Positions 28,034 through 36,852 of a stretch of DNA of 64,000 nucleotides are shown here, one piece after another. This stretch comes from Patescibacteria group bacterium UBA2105. GTDB lineage: Bacteria > Patescibacteriota > Minisyncoccia > Phycocordibacterales > UBA2100. Location: positions 29,689 through 93,688 of the forward strand of contig DCYR01000007.1 of assembly GCA_002331495.1 (NCBI GenBank). The letters run 5' to 3'. Positions within the stretch are counted from its first letter, which is position 1. Each line of letters starts with the position of its first letter. The notes beneath the pieces are model-generated. The model made no database searches, had not been told where the DNA came from, and saw only the letters and a list, made by a program, of their open reading frames with translations. The position numbers and the translations under genes were made by a program.

Positions 28034-29104
28034 CTAGTCAACATAGCGGCGCTTTTTTGCGAGATGTTCTTCATAGGTGACACTGTAGTACGTTGTTCCG
28101 CGTCGGTCTGCAAGATAGAAGAGATACTCACTTGGCGTTGGATTCAGTGCGGCATATAAAGACGAACGACCTACTGCCGCTATGGGGCCAGGTGGAAGTC
28201 CTTTGTATACGTAAGTATTATAGGGATTATTTTCATCGGTGAGTTCATCAATGGTGATGTCATATGTTCCCTTGGCGTGTGTATATACAAATGTCGCGTC
28301 AACCTGCAGAAGCATGTTTCGACTAAGGCGGTTGTGAAGGACCCCAGAGATAAGTTGCCGATCCTCGTCATTCCAAGCTTCTTTTTCGATAATCGATGCT
28401 AGGGTAAGTATCTCGTGTAGTGTATACGGCGACTCTTCTATTTGTTGTCGGAATTCCGCGATTTGCCTGTCGAAATTGTCACGCATCACGCGAATAACTT
28501 CATCTTCTCGCACATTGGGGAGGAAGTAATAGGTATCCGGATATAAGTAGCCTTCATAATCTATTGCGTTCGCAAAAAATCTCTCTGGATCAAATTTAAA
28601 CAATCGTTGTGCATATATAACAGTCATGTCGGCAACCGTAGAACCTTCGGGTATTGTGATGCTTATGGGTTCCAGCCCAAAGACTCCTGTAGTTATTCTC
28701 CGTGCTATAGAAAACGTACTTACAGGTTTTGCAAATAAGTAGTCTCCCGCCTTCACGCTTCGCTGGCCTCCGCGCAAACGTACGATCATTTCGAGCCACC
28801 AAGCACTTCTGACAATCCCCTCTTCTTCAAGCGAAAGAGCAAGGGTAGCAAGGCTATCACCCTCCTCGATGGTTACATATTGTTCGGTGGGGAAATTCGA
28901 CGGTGGTCGAAACGCCCCAATATACAAGGCGGAGTACAACACCAGAATAAGAGTAATGATTAATAATGTGCGTCGGTTCAAATTGTGAAGCCGGTCTTCC
29001 TGCCAATTCTCAACGGAGCCACGAATTCGCTTCTGCCACGCAAAAAATCTCACGTAGGAACGAGACATCAGTTGTTGCAAATTTCTGTATAATCCATCGA
29101 GCAT
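28034..29104 (-). CDS. mltG: Endolytic murein transglycosylase MltG (YceG family)
   Basis: N-terminal TM plus YceG-like domain pattern. Confidence 0.7.
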   Translation of the reverse strand: MLDGLYRNLQQLMSRSYVRFFAWQKRIRGSVENWQEDRLHNLNRRTLLIITLILVLYSALYIGAFRPPSNFPTEQYVTIEEGDSLATLALSLEEEGIVRSAWWLEMIVRLRGGQRSVKAGDYLFAKPVSTFSIARRITTGVFGLEPISITIPEGSTVADMTVIYAQRLFKFDPERFFANAIDYEGYLYPDTYYFLPNVREDEVIRVMRDNFDRQIAEFRQQIEESPYTLHEILTLASIIEKEAWNDEDRQLISGVLHNRLSRNMLLQVDATFVYTHAKGTYDITIDELTDENNPYNTYVYKGLPPGPIAAVGRSSLYAALNPTPSEYLFYLADRRGTTYYSVTYEEHLAKKRRYVD

Positions 29105-29107
29105 GCT

Positions 29108-30466
29108 TTATGTAGGAAGATTTGCTGGAGGCTCACCCTTGGTTGAGGAAATACGGTCAATTCCAGGAGCCTTCGTTTCTCCCGTTGGGAAGTGATATAT
29201 AGTCGCCATCTCTTCGGTGGTGAGTACAAAGCGAGGGTGTTCGTACGGGGGATGGAACATGGCACGCCTATGGTAGGCGTCTAGTATGCGGCGCGAGTAC
29301 AAGCGCTCCAGAATACCACCTATTTCTTGCCACGGATAATCAATAGAGACATGCCACTTCGGAGCGGGACTAAACTTGTTGAGGTGACCAGAGGAAAAAG
29401 AGTTCCACAACCCTACAATATGAGTTGGTATGTTATTTCCCTTAAATGCGTCAGGTTTTGTTATGTACACTGCGCGTATACCAGCATCAAAGCCGGGTTT
29501 CTCTAGGCTCCGCTCAAGTGCCTTTATTGTGTTTACTTCCGCTGGCTTAAGAAGTGGGTAACCCTCAGAAAGTTCTCCGGTAATTAAATCCTTGGTCTTT
29601 GGTTTCGCTTTTTCGTAAATTTTCTCAATTTCCTCTGATGCTTCTTCTTTCCAACTCTTTCTCGGGCTCCAAGGTGTGGTGCGTATTTTTGCACCTTTGT
29701 TTTGACGGACAATTATCTGCACCCATAATTGCTCGCCAGGTCCTAAGTCGCTGAGGCGTTCGAACACACCCGAAAGTGGATCAACTATTTGCTCCTCTTT
29801 CTTTGCATCTTGGTCAAGCTCAAAGTCTATGTATGTTTTTATGGGGTACGGGTCGGGTTTCGCGAGCTCGTATTCCATTCCCCACACAGTGTTAATGTTA
29901 GGGTCATAACGAACACCTGCCGAATAGTCTTCGACCTCCTGAATTTCAAGATCAGGATATTGTGCATAAAATTGCGTTATGACATAGTCTTTGTGCTTAC
30001 CCCACACCCATACATAGAAGTGGATCTTCCCTTCGATAGAAACAAGCTCGAAGGACAACCATGGACGTACCTTTCCGTCCCACCAACGTGAAATAAAAGT
30101 GGTTTCCCCTGGGCCAAAGTTTAGGTTGGTAAAGACTTGTTCCATTGCACGAGGAGTCTTGAATATTTGTCGGGGAACCTTTATCTCCAATAGAACCGGA
30201 GTTTGCTCCGCAATAAAACGAGCACGTATGTACTTTTTCCATTGCTCCCACCACATAACGACAAGTATAAAGGGACCCCAAATGGGTGAGAATATAAAAA
30301 TCCACGTCAAAATGATAACAAGTAATGGTGGGTATATGCTTATTCCCAGAATGAGGATCCCCACGAAGGCAGAAACTGGTATAAGCCAGAGTGGTACGCC
30401 CAAGTAGTGTGTCCCCTCGACCTTAAAGAGAGCCATATGCAACGTATCATAACACGCGCTTCGCAA
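29108..30466 (-). CDS. Hypothetical membrane protein (2-3 N-terminal TM, large cytoplasmic domain)
   Basis: No family recognised. The stop codon overlaps or abuts the mltG start, so operon membership is likely. Confidence 0.4.
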   Translation of the reverse strand: MRSACYDTLHMALFKVEGTHYLGVPLWLIPVSAFVGILILGISIYPPLLVIILTWIFIFSPIWGPFILVVMWWEQWKKYIRARFIAEQTPVLLEIKVPRQIFKTPRAMEQVFTNLNFGPGETTFISRWWDGKVRPWLSFELVSIEGKIHFYVWVWGKHKDYVITQFYAQYPDLEIQEVEDYSAGVRYDPNINTVWGMEYELAKPDPYPIKTYIDFELDQDAKKEEQIVDPLSGVFERLSDLGPGEQLWVQIIVRQNKGAKIRTTPWSPRKSWKEEASEEIEKIYEKAKPKTKDLITGELSEGYPLLKPAEVNTIKALERSLEKPGFDAGIRAVYITKPDAFKGNNIPTHIVGLWNSFSSGHLNKFSPAPKWHVSIDYPWQEIGGILERLYSRRILDAYHRRAMFHPPYEHPRFVLTTEEMATIYHFPTGETKAPGIDRISSTKGEPPANLPT

Positions 30467-30498
30467 GAGCTTACACGGATTGAGAATGATTTGTGAAT

Positions 30499-31536
30499 TT
30501 AAACAAGCTCGAACCGACCGTCCTCGAGTCGTGTAAATGTATCCGAATCCTGTAAGTTTACCGCAATGGTATTGTCTTTAACGTATCGCTCGCGTTTCAC
30601 TCGGTCGATAATCTCTTTCTTGGTGAGCGGGCCAAGCTCTTTGAGTAGCTCACGTATGACATCTTTCACCACACCCTTTGAGTATCCCCACTCAGCTAGT
30701 GCATAGAGACCACGTCCGACAAGCACAAATCGAGGGTCTTTGATGAGTTCATTGTGAGTAGTTGCTACGTGTGCCTTACGGCCGAAAAGCTCTTCGATTT
30801 GTTGTGCTACTTCTGAGAAGTGCATCGGAGAACCGTGTCGCTTAAGTGTAAGATATGCGAAATCACGCATACCTTTTACACGCACTGAAGGTGACGTAGT
30901 AAGACCCCACTCACCCAGAGGGTTGCGCGCAATTTTTTTGGATAAGGAGAGCCAGCGAAGCAAGGTTTCTGCATTATCTTGTGCAATCTCTGCCTTCGCG
31001 AGCTCTTCTTTATAGCGCGCAACGATCTCTTCTTCTGGAAGTACAATGGAGTCGTCGAGGGACCCAAACACACCGGTAAGAGCGTCACGTATACCCTTGG
31101 CATACGCCTCGTCGATGTACCAGTGACTTACAAAGTCTCCTCCCTCTTTTACGCGGTAAAATTGTTCCCCAACAGTACAAAGGAACAGCAGCGCGTTTTC
31201 ATCAGCTTTGGTTTTCGCAATTGACTTAATAAGTTCGTGTTGCGATGTTACGCCCCCAAATTGCTCAAAGACACCCCTCAGCTCGTCAAATACTGGCTTA
31301 AGATCCTTGTAGCGTTCGGATTTTTGAATGCTCTTAATAGCGTGGTTTTCAATCTGTCGAACACGTTCGCGGGTGATGCTGTATGATTGACCAACAGACT
31401 CAAGTGTCTCGATTGTATTCGAGTCGATAAGTCCGTAGCGACGCGTGAGAACGTCGCGTGCCCGTTCATTTTCAACAACGCTCACAAGTTGAGAAGCGAT
31501 GTGCTTAGGTTTGAATGTGACTTTCATGGTTGTCAT
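30499..31536 (-). CDS. DNA-binding protein with N-terminal sigma-70 region-4-like HTH and C-terminal HARE-HTH-like motif
   Basis: TLESVGQSYSITRERVRQIENHAIKSI (region 4.2-like); C-terminus HFSEV...DPRFVLVGRGLYALAEWGY (HARE-HTH-like). Confidence 0.45.
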   Translation of the reverse strand: MTTMKVTFKPKHIASQLVSVVENERARDVLTRRYGLIDSNTIETLESVGQSYSITRERVRQIENHAIKSIQKSERYKDLKPVFDELRGVFEQFGGVTSQHELIKSIAKTKADENALLFLCTVGEQFYRVKEGGDFVSHWYIDEAYAKGIRDALTGVFGSLDDSIVLPEEEIVARYKEELAKAEIAQDNAETLLRWLSLSKKIARNPLGEWGLTTSPSVRVKGMRDFAYLTLKRHGSPMHFSEVAQQIEELFGRKAHVATTHNELIKDPRFVLVGRGLYALAEWGYSKGVVKDVIRELLKELGPLTKKEIIDRVKRERYVKDNTIAVNLQDSDTFTRLEDGRFELV

Positions 31537-31670
31537 ACTGTATCGGGCACGTAAAGCAGTTTTATCACGACAATACTACCCCGTCAAATATACGCCCGGA
31601 GTATTGGCCAATAAAGAAACTTTCGTGTGCGAGTATAAAAACATAGAAACAATTATTTGTCAAATAAATT

Positions 31671-34600
31671 CTATAGCACTAGGTTTATGAGTCTATTTGG
31701 CACAAATATTACCTTTTTCGGCTCCCCCTCAAGCCACCTTGAGAGTTTGTCTTCTCCCTGAACAACCTCCAAGACTGTCGCCTCGTCGGAATCGTTGGCT
31801 ACCACGACGCTGCCGCGCACTTTTCCGTTTACTTGTACCGCGATAGTGACCTCTTCATCCTTTGCGAGAGATTCGTCAAATTTTGGCCACGGGTGTGTGT
31901 GGACTGAACCTTCGCCCCCTCCGGCCTCCCAAAGTTCCTCAGCTATATGTGGTGCGAAAGGTGCCAAGATGCGGACGAATGTGGCGTACTGTTCTTTGGT
32001 GATTGAGCTCTTTTCTACTTCGTTCACAAACGACATCATTGCGGCTATTGCCGTGTTGAACTTGAGCTCTTCAATGTCGCCTCCAACCTTTCGTATCAAT
32101 TTGTGGAGACTCCGCTCTGCATCTGGACTCTTTTCGTCCACAGTATTCCCCTGGAGTCGCCACACTCGTTCAAGAAAACGAACAACGCCCACAATCCCAT
32201 TCTCATTCCAAAGGATTTCGTCTGCTAACGGTGCTGCAAACATCATATACATACGCACAGAGTCTGCACCGAAGCGCTCTACCATGTCGTCGGGGTTCAC
32301 TATGTTTCCTTTCGATTTGCTCATCTTCACACCTTCGGCATCAAGTACCATTCCCTGGTGGCGCATCTTCAAAAATGGCTCATCAAAGTCCAGAAGACCA
32401 ATCTTTTGCATTGCTTTGGTGAAGAAGCGCGCGTACATCAGGTGCAAATACGTGTGCTCTGCCCCGCCCACGTAGAGGTCGACTGGAAGCCAGTGCTTGA
32501 GCCTGCTCTCGCGGCAGAATTCTTCGTCGTTGTGTGGGTCTGGGTAGCGAAGGTAGTACCAAGAAGAGCAAACAAACGTGTCCATAGTGTCTACTTCCGG
32601 AGTCCAGCCTTCACCGAATATCTTCTCAGTACGCTCTTTGAGCTCTTTAGATTGCGCAAGCGGCGCCTCACCTGTCGGCATGAAATCGACATCTTCCGGG
32701 AGTAGCCACGGCAGATGCTCATCCGGTACCACGTGGGGGTTCCCCTCAGGGTCGTACACAATCGGAATTGGTGCTCCCCAGTAGCGCTGTCTAGAAATAG
32801 ACCAGTCACGAAGTTTGTAGGTGGTCTTCATCTCCCCACCTACGGCCTTGGTAATCATTTCTTTCGCCTCGAGATTATCAAGGTCATTAAATTTATCCGA
32901 GTTAACGAGGTTGCCATCACTCACGTATGGACTATCTCCTTTCTCAAATACCTCAACTGCGTGGTGGTGTGTTGGTGCAGTTAAAAAGCTTTTCAACTCA
33001 TCTAAGGTTAGCCACTCAACGCTGTGCCGCGCTTCTTCCTCGTCGGAGATTTGCTCTTGTGCGTCGTCCTGCAGTTCTATGTAGAACATGTGTCCGTGTA
33101 CAGTCCGATTCTCTTTCTTGGGGACGTGGTAGAACATGCCATCGACGACTCCCATGTCGCGGGTAATCTTTGCGTTCATGAACCCGGTCTCTTCGCGAAC
33201 TTCTTTCAAAACCGTTTGCTCTGGCGTCTCGTCATCTTCGATTCCGCCAGTCAAAAGTGTTCCCCACTCTACCTCCTTCCACTTAAGTGCTATGTACTTA
33301 TCTTCGCTCCAGTGTTTTACCAGTGCTATCACTCCGTTGCGAAACACCATCGGCTCCCCCTCTCGGAAGGCGCCTGGCTCAGTTGTTTGAATTAAACGAG
33401 GAGCGATTACCTGTCGTATCTCAATACCAAATTGTTTTGCGAAGTCCCAATCGCGCTCATCGTGGGCAGGTACGGCCATAATTGCACCGGTTCCATAGTG
33501 TGCGAGTACGTAGTCGGCAATAAAGATCGGGACCTCCTCGTTGTTTGCTGGGTTGATAGCCTTTACCCCCTTAAGCTCGACACCGGTTTTCTCTTTCGTC
33601 TCTACGGTGCGCTCAAGGTCGGTTTTCTTTGCAGCTGCAGCTACGTATTTGTCGACATCCGCTTTGTTCTCAATTTTCTCGGAAAGTTTTCCTACGAGTT
33701 CATGTTCTGGCGAGAGCACCATGTATGTTGCTCCGAAGAGTGTGTCGGGTCGAGTAGTAAATACTCTTACCTTCGGAACTATTGGTGCATACCAACTGTT
33801 GTTAGCGAGCCATGCCCACGCCGATTCATCGGTTGGCTCGTCATCGTTAAATTTGTTGCCAAGCTCAACGATGGCTGCGTCGGTTTCTTCGCTAAGAACA
33901 AGGCGCTCGACTGAGCTGTCCTTATGTTTAAAAATAAATACCACTTCGTCGTCGGTGAGGTATTCATTCCAAAAACCGGGCTCCATTTTCTCCACGATTA
34001 ATTCCTCAAATGCTTTGGCCGATGATTTCGGAAAACGCACACAGAGGAATCCATTTTTCGTGGCCTCAACTATCTCACCACCAACGGCATTGATGTCTTT
34101 CTCGGAGATATTTTTCTCGCCCATGATGAAGCTGCGCGCCTCATTCGGATCATCGTTTACAACTCTGGGAACCACGAACTCAATTTCTGCTCCCTCGCTT
34201 TTACCGATCCAGTTTATTTGATTCTTGCGTGTGTGTTCTGGCCAATCAATCTTTTCGTGCCCGTCGATAAGGTCTTGCGCAAAGTCAGTGATTTTGAAAA
34301 ACCAACTCGGTATTGGTTTTTGCATTACGTCTTTCTTACATCGCTCGCATGCGCCGCCTTCGACCTGCTCGTTTGCGAGTACTGTTTTGCAGGAATCACA
34401 CCAGTTTACGGTATCGGTCTTTTTGTATACGAGATCGTTCTTGAAAAATTGAATGAAGAGCCATTGTGTCCACTTGTAGTAGTTGGGCTCTGACGTCGTG
34501 ACCATTTCGTCGTAATCGTAGTCGATACCGAGCGATTTGAGCTGTCGCGTAAAGTTTTCAGAGTTTGTTTTGGTTGTCTCTTTTGGATGTACGCCCGTTT

Positions 34601-34877
34601 TTACCGCGTAGTTTTCTGCGGGAAGACCAAACGAGTCGAACCCCGTTGGATGCAATACGTTAAAGCCGGTCGCCTTCTTATATCGGGAGAAAATATCGTT
34701 GGCCGTATAGGCTTCGGTGTGCCCCATGTGAAGTCCGTCACCAGACGGGTACGGATACATGTCGAGGAGATAGAATTTTGGTTTCGCGGTGTCGTCTTTG
34801 TCTATTTTGTTGGCACCGGTCTCGTCCCAGGTCTTTTGCCACTTCTTTTCGACTTTCTGGTGGTCGTATTTCTGCAT
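31671..34877 (-). CDS. leuS: Leucyl-tRNA synthetase carrying an inserted Nudix hydrolase domain and a second ~125-aa insertion
   Basis: HMGH, TTRPDT, GTGAIMAVPAHDERD (CP1 editing site intact), KLRDWSISRQRYWGAPIP and KMSKS motifs. Start taken at MQKYDHQKVEKKWQKTW. A Nudix box G-X5-E-X7-KE-V-X-EE-X-G-F is encoded at about 33180-33248. Confidence 0.9.
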   Translation of the reverse strand: MQKYDHQKVEKKWQKTWDETGANKIDKDDTAKPKFYLLDMYPYPSGDGLHMGHTEAYTANDIFSRYKKATGFNVLHPTGFDSFGLPAENYAVKTGVHPKETTKTNSENFTRQLKSLGIDYDYDEMVTTSEPNYYKWTQWLFIQFFKNDLVYKKTDTVNWCDSCKTVLANEQVEGGACERCKKDVMQKPIPSWFFKITDFAQDLIDGHEKIDWPEHTRKNQINWIGKSEGAEIEFVVPRVVNDDPNEARSFIMGEKNISEKDINAVGGEIVEATKNGFLCVRFPKSSAKAFEELIVEKMEPGFWNEYLTDDEVVFIFKHKDSSVERLVLSEETDAAIVELGNKFNDDEPTDESAWAWLANNSWYAPIVPKVRVFTTRPDTLFGATYMVLSPEHELVGKLSEKIENKADVDKYVAAAAKKTDLERTVETKEKTGVELKGVKAINPANNEEVPIFIADYVLAHYGTGAIMAVPAHDERDWDFAKQFGIEIRQVIAPRLIQTTEPGAFREGEPMVFRNGVIALVKHWSEDKYIALKWKEVEWGTLLTGGIEDDETPEQTVLKEVREETGFMNAKITRDMGVVDGMFYHVPKKENRTVHGHMFYIELQDDAQEQISDEEEARHSVEWLTLDELKSFLTAPTHHHAVEVFEKGDSPYVSDGNLVNSDKFNDLDNLEAKEMITKAVGGEMKTTYKLRDWSISRQRYWGAPIPIVYDPEGNPHVVPDEHLPWLLPEDVDFMPTGEAPLAQSKELKERTEKIFGEGWTPEVDTMDTFVCSSWYYLRYPDPHNDEEFCRESRLKHWLPVDLYVGGAEHTYLHLMYARFFTKAMQKIGLLDFDEPFLKMRHQGMVLDAEGVKMSKSKGNIVNPDDMVERFGADSVRMYMMFAAPLADEILWNENGIVGVVRFLERVWRLQGNTVDEKSPDAERSLHKLIRKVGGDIEELKFNTAIAAMMSFVNEVEKSSITKEQYATFVRILAPFAPHIAEELWEAGGGEGSVHTHPWPKFDESLAKDEEVTIAVQVNGKVRGSVVVANDSDEATVLEVVQGEDKLSRWLEGEPKKVIFVPNRLINLVL

Positions 34878-35052
34878 CTGGCAATAGTAGCACTGGTTCT
34901 GAGGAACATACAAGAAAGAAGTGTTGCTTGAGTACGGGTATGATGTTACAAAGTACGCATGCAATTTGCACAGCACAACACAGATTTGCTGATGCTAGGG
35001 GCGACCAAGGTCGGTTGTGTTTTGCGTACCTAGAACATAGATACATAAAACA

Positions 35053-35090
35053 GAGTCGACCTTCCCGGTCGGCTCGTTTTGCTCTTTTTA
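35053..35090 (+). terminator. Intrinsic-terminator-like hairpin (9-bp stem incl. one G.U, 5-nt loop) followed by GTTTTGCTCTTTTT
   Basis: Seen directly: gagtcgacc-ttccc-ggtcggctc then a T-run. Confidence 0.35.
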
Positions 35091-35108
35091 ACCCAGCGGG
35101 AGAGGATC

Positions 35109-35243
35109 CATGGGCAAGAAAAGAAAGCCCAAGTGCAACGGCAATCAACATGCGGCGTATCTTCGAGCTGCGGCGAAGCGACGAGCATTTCGGGCTCAAG
35201 AAGCCAAGAAGGCGCGTAAGAAAAGACAGGGAAAATGAGATAG
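35109..35243 (+). CDS. Candidate 44-aa highly basic small protein (MGKKRKPKCNGNQHAAYLRAAAKRRAFRAQEAKKARKKKTGKMR)
   Basis: GGAGG 4 nt upstream of the ATG, which is rare in this window. Preceded by a hairpin+T-tract and followed by a strong hairpin+T-tract on the plus strand. Below the ORF-track cut-off. Confidence 0.25.
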
Positions 35244-35290
35244 TTCTTCATGCCTGAACCACCGTTTTTTCAGAATCGGTGATTCGGAGC

Positions 35291-35334
35291 CTGCAACGAT
35301 GCAATGAAAGGGGTCGCGAAGATAATTCTTCGCG
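35291..35334 (+). terminator. Strong intrinsic terminator (12-bp stem, 4-nt loop, then TGATCTTTTGGCTTTT)
   Basis: gggtcgcgaaga-taat-tcttcgcggccc + T-rich tail. Confidence 0.5.
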
Positions 35335-35352
35335 GCCCTGATCTTTTGGCTT

Positions 35353-36324
35353 TTAGAAGTTGAGAGCCCGAATAGGCACGGGTTCCTTGAATGGAACGAT
35401 GCGTTCTGGATCGACCTCTCGCTCAAAGCACGTTCGTCCTTCGCCGTGAGGCCAGTCTTGCGTGGTCTGCTGCAAGTCGCGCACACGCCAATCGCTTAGG
35501 TCTGCCTTGTCGATGTCGAATGCTGGTAGCGGCAAGCTGAATGTTGCACAAAGCTCAAAAGCAAGGTTGCCAGTCTTTGTGTACTCATAGTCGTCTCCTG
35601 TCTCTGGGTCGACTTGAATTTGAGCACCCACGAGTGGGTTTTTAAGTTCGTCGAGAGACTCAGGAAGTCGTTCGGTCGTTTGATAGTAGTTAGTTACTTG
35701 GTATTGGATGCCTTGCAGGTCATTAATACGTTGTTGATCGTAGCGAAGTAGGCGCTGCGTATAAGGAGAGCCCATAATGAAGAATCCGGCCATGATTGAT
35801 ACAAGAACAACCAACGACACAGCAGCCGCTATTGTTTTTGAAAGACTTTCCCTATTTTCCCACTTGCCCTTGATGTCTGAGATGTAGTAATAGAACACTC
35901 CCGCCGCGACAACAAGTACCGTTATAACCTTAAGTAGGAATGCAGCGGTAATCTCCTCGCCGCTGAGAAATGTGTTAATAAGCACAATTAGGTCAGCAAG
36001 TATTGCAATTCCGGCGACAAACACCGCTAGGAATACAAGCCAACGACGAACCCATAGTTCCTTCTTAAGCGGGTCTTTCCGGATATCCTGATTGAGCATG
36101 CGCGTAAGCGCAATGTATACAGGGAAGATTACGATAAGGCTCGCAATGGCAAATTGAATACCTCCCGAGTATGGGTCGTAGCCAATTATGGCTGTGTCAC
36201 CCACTAAACGCTCAATGTACTCGAATGTCAGTGCAATAAAGCTTCCCACTGAAAAGTAGAGTGCAACCATAGCTCCGAGCCACATAAAGAAGTCTTTTGG
36301 TGTTACTTTGAGTTTTTCAGACAT
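35353..36324 (-). CDS. Hypothetical polytopic membrane protein with C-terminal soluble domain
   Basis: About 6 TM helices then a domain of about 130 aa; no family recognised. Confidence 0.4.
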   Translation of the reverse strand: MSEKLKVTPKDFFMWLGAMVALYFSVGSFIALTFEYIERLVGDTAIIGYDPYSGGIQFAIASLIVIFPVYIALTRMLNQDIRKDPLKKELWVRRWLVFLAVFVAGIAILADLIVLINTFLSGEEITAAFLLKVITVLVVAAGVFYYYISDIKGKWENRESLSKTIAAAVSLVVLVSIMAGFFIMGSPYTQRLLRYDQQRINDLQGIQYQVTNYYQTTERLPESLDELKNPLVGAQIQVDPETGDDYEYTKTGNLAFELCATFSLPLPAFDIDKADLSDWRVRDLQQTTQDWPHGEGRTCFEREVDPERIVPFKEPVPIRALNF

Positions 36325-36382
36325 AAAATACTATTGTGAGAGCTAATGCTCAAATTGTACACTTTTTTCTCCGAAGCGCGAC

Positions 36383-36847
36383 TCAATCTCCACCTGCTCC
36401 GTACGGCGAGTAACCGGCGAAGATCGGTGGTGCTCCAATAGCACGCGCAGCTATATCCATGTTCTCACGGGCTTCATCGCTCCAATAGAAATTAGTGTTT
36501 AGCACCGCACGTACCTCCGTGTGCGAAAATCCGCATTCGTTCAGAAATGCAAGAAGCGGCTGATGCCACCCCTTCTTCTTGTCACGTTGCACTTCCAAAA
36601 TGTAGTCGCGCAGATGTGTCACAAGCATGGTCTCGCCTTTTCTCGAACCAGAGAGGAGTTCAAAGCCAGCGAAGTCTCTTCTCAAAAGCGAAAGCAAACT
36701 TGCAAGAACGTCACCAGCGCCCATTTTTCTGATTCCCTCAATGTTTCCCTCGTGTGCCAGTTGAAGGAGCTCAAATTTGGAGTCTTCTTCTCTTGATTCC
36801 AGTTGAGCATCGGTCTTCTGGTATGAAAATCCTTCTTTTTCTCTCAT
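36383..36847 (-). CDS. Hypothetical protein
   Basis: 154-aa ORF immediately upstream of ychF in the same orientation. Confidence 0.35.
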   Translation of the reverse strand: MREKEGFSYQKTDAQLESREEDSKFELLQLAHEGNIEGIRKMGAGDVLASLLSLLRRDFAGFELLSGSRKGETMLVTHLRDYILEVQRDKKKGWHQPLLAFLNECGFSHTEVRAVLNTNFYWSDEARENMDIAARAIGAPPIFAGYSPYGAGGD

Positions 36848-36852
36848 ATAAG

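Noticed and set aside
32937-34175. Hypothesis that the LeuRS CP1 editing domain is deleted and functionally replaced by the Nudix domain
   Set aside because: On checking, the threonine-rich TTRPDT motif and the GTGAIMAVPAHDERD editing-site motif with the universally conserved Asp are present at normal spacing. The editing domain appears intact.
31795-34931. Numerous 60-226-aa ORFs on the plus strand inside leuS
   Set aside because: All are antisense or out-of-frame to a well-supported 1068-aa LeuRS, and have low-complexity Ser/Ala/Arg-rich products. The same applies to the many short ORFs nested inside dnaK, atpA/D, the RND permease and others.
34738-35199. 153-aa minus-strand ORF overlapping the leuS start and the upstream spacer
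   Set aside because: It overlaps leuS in a different frame with Arg/Ser-rich composition. The spacer is better explained by hairpin/terminator elements and the small plus-strand ORF.
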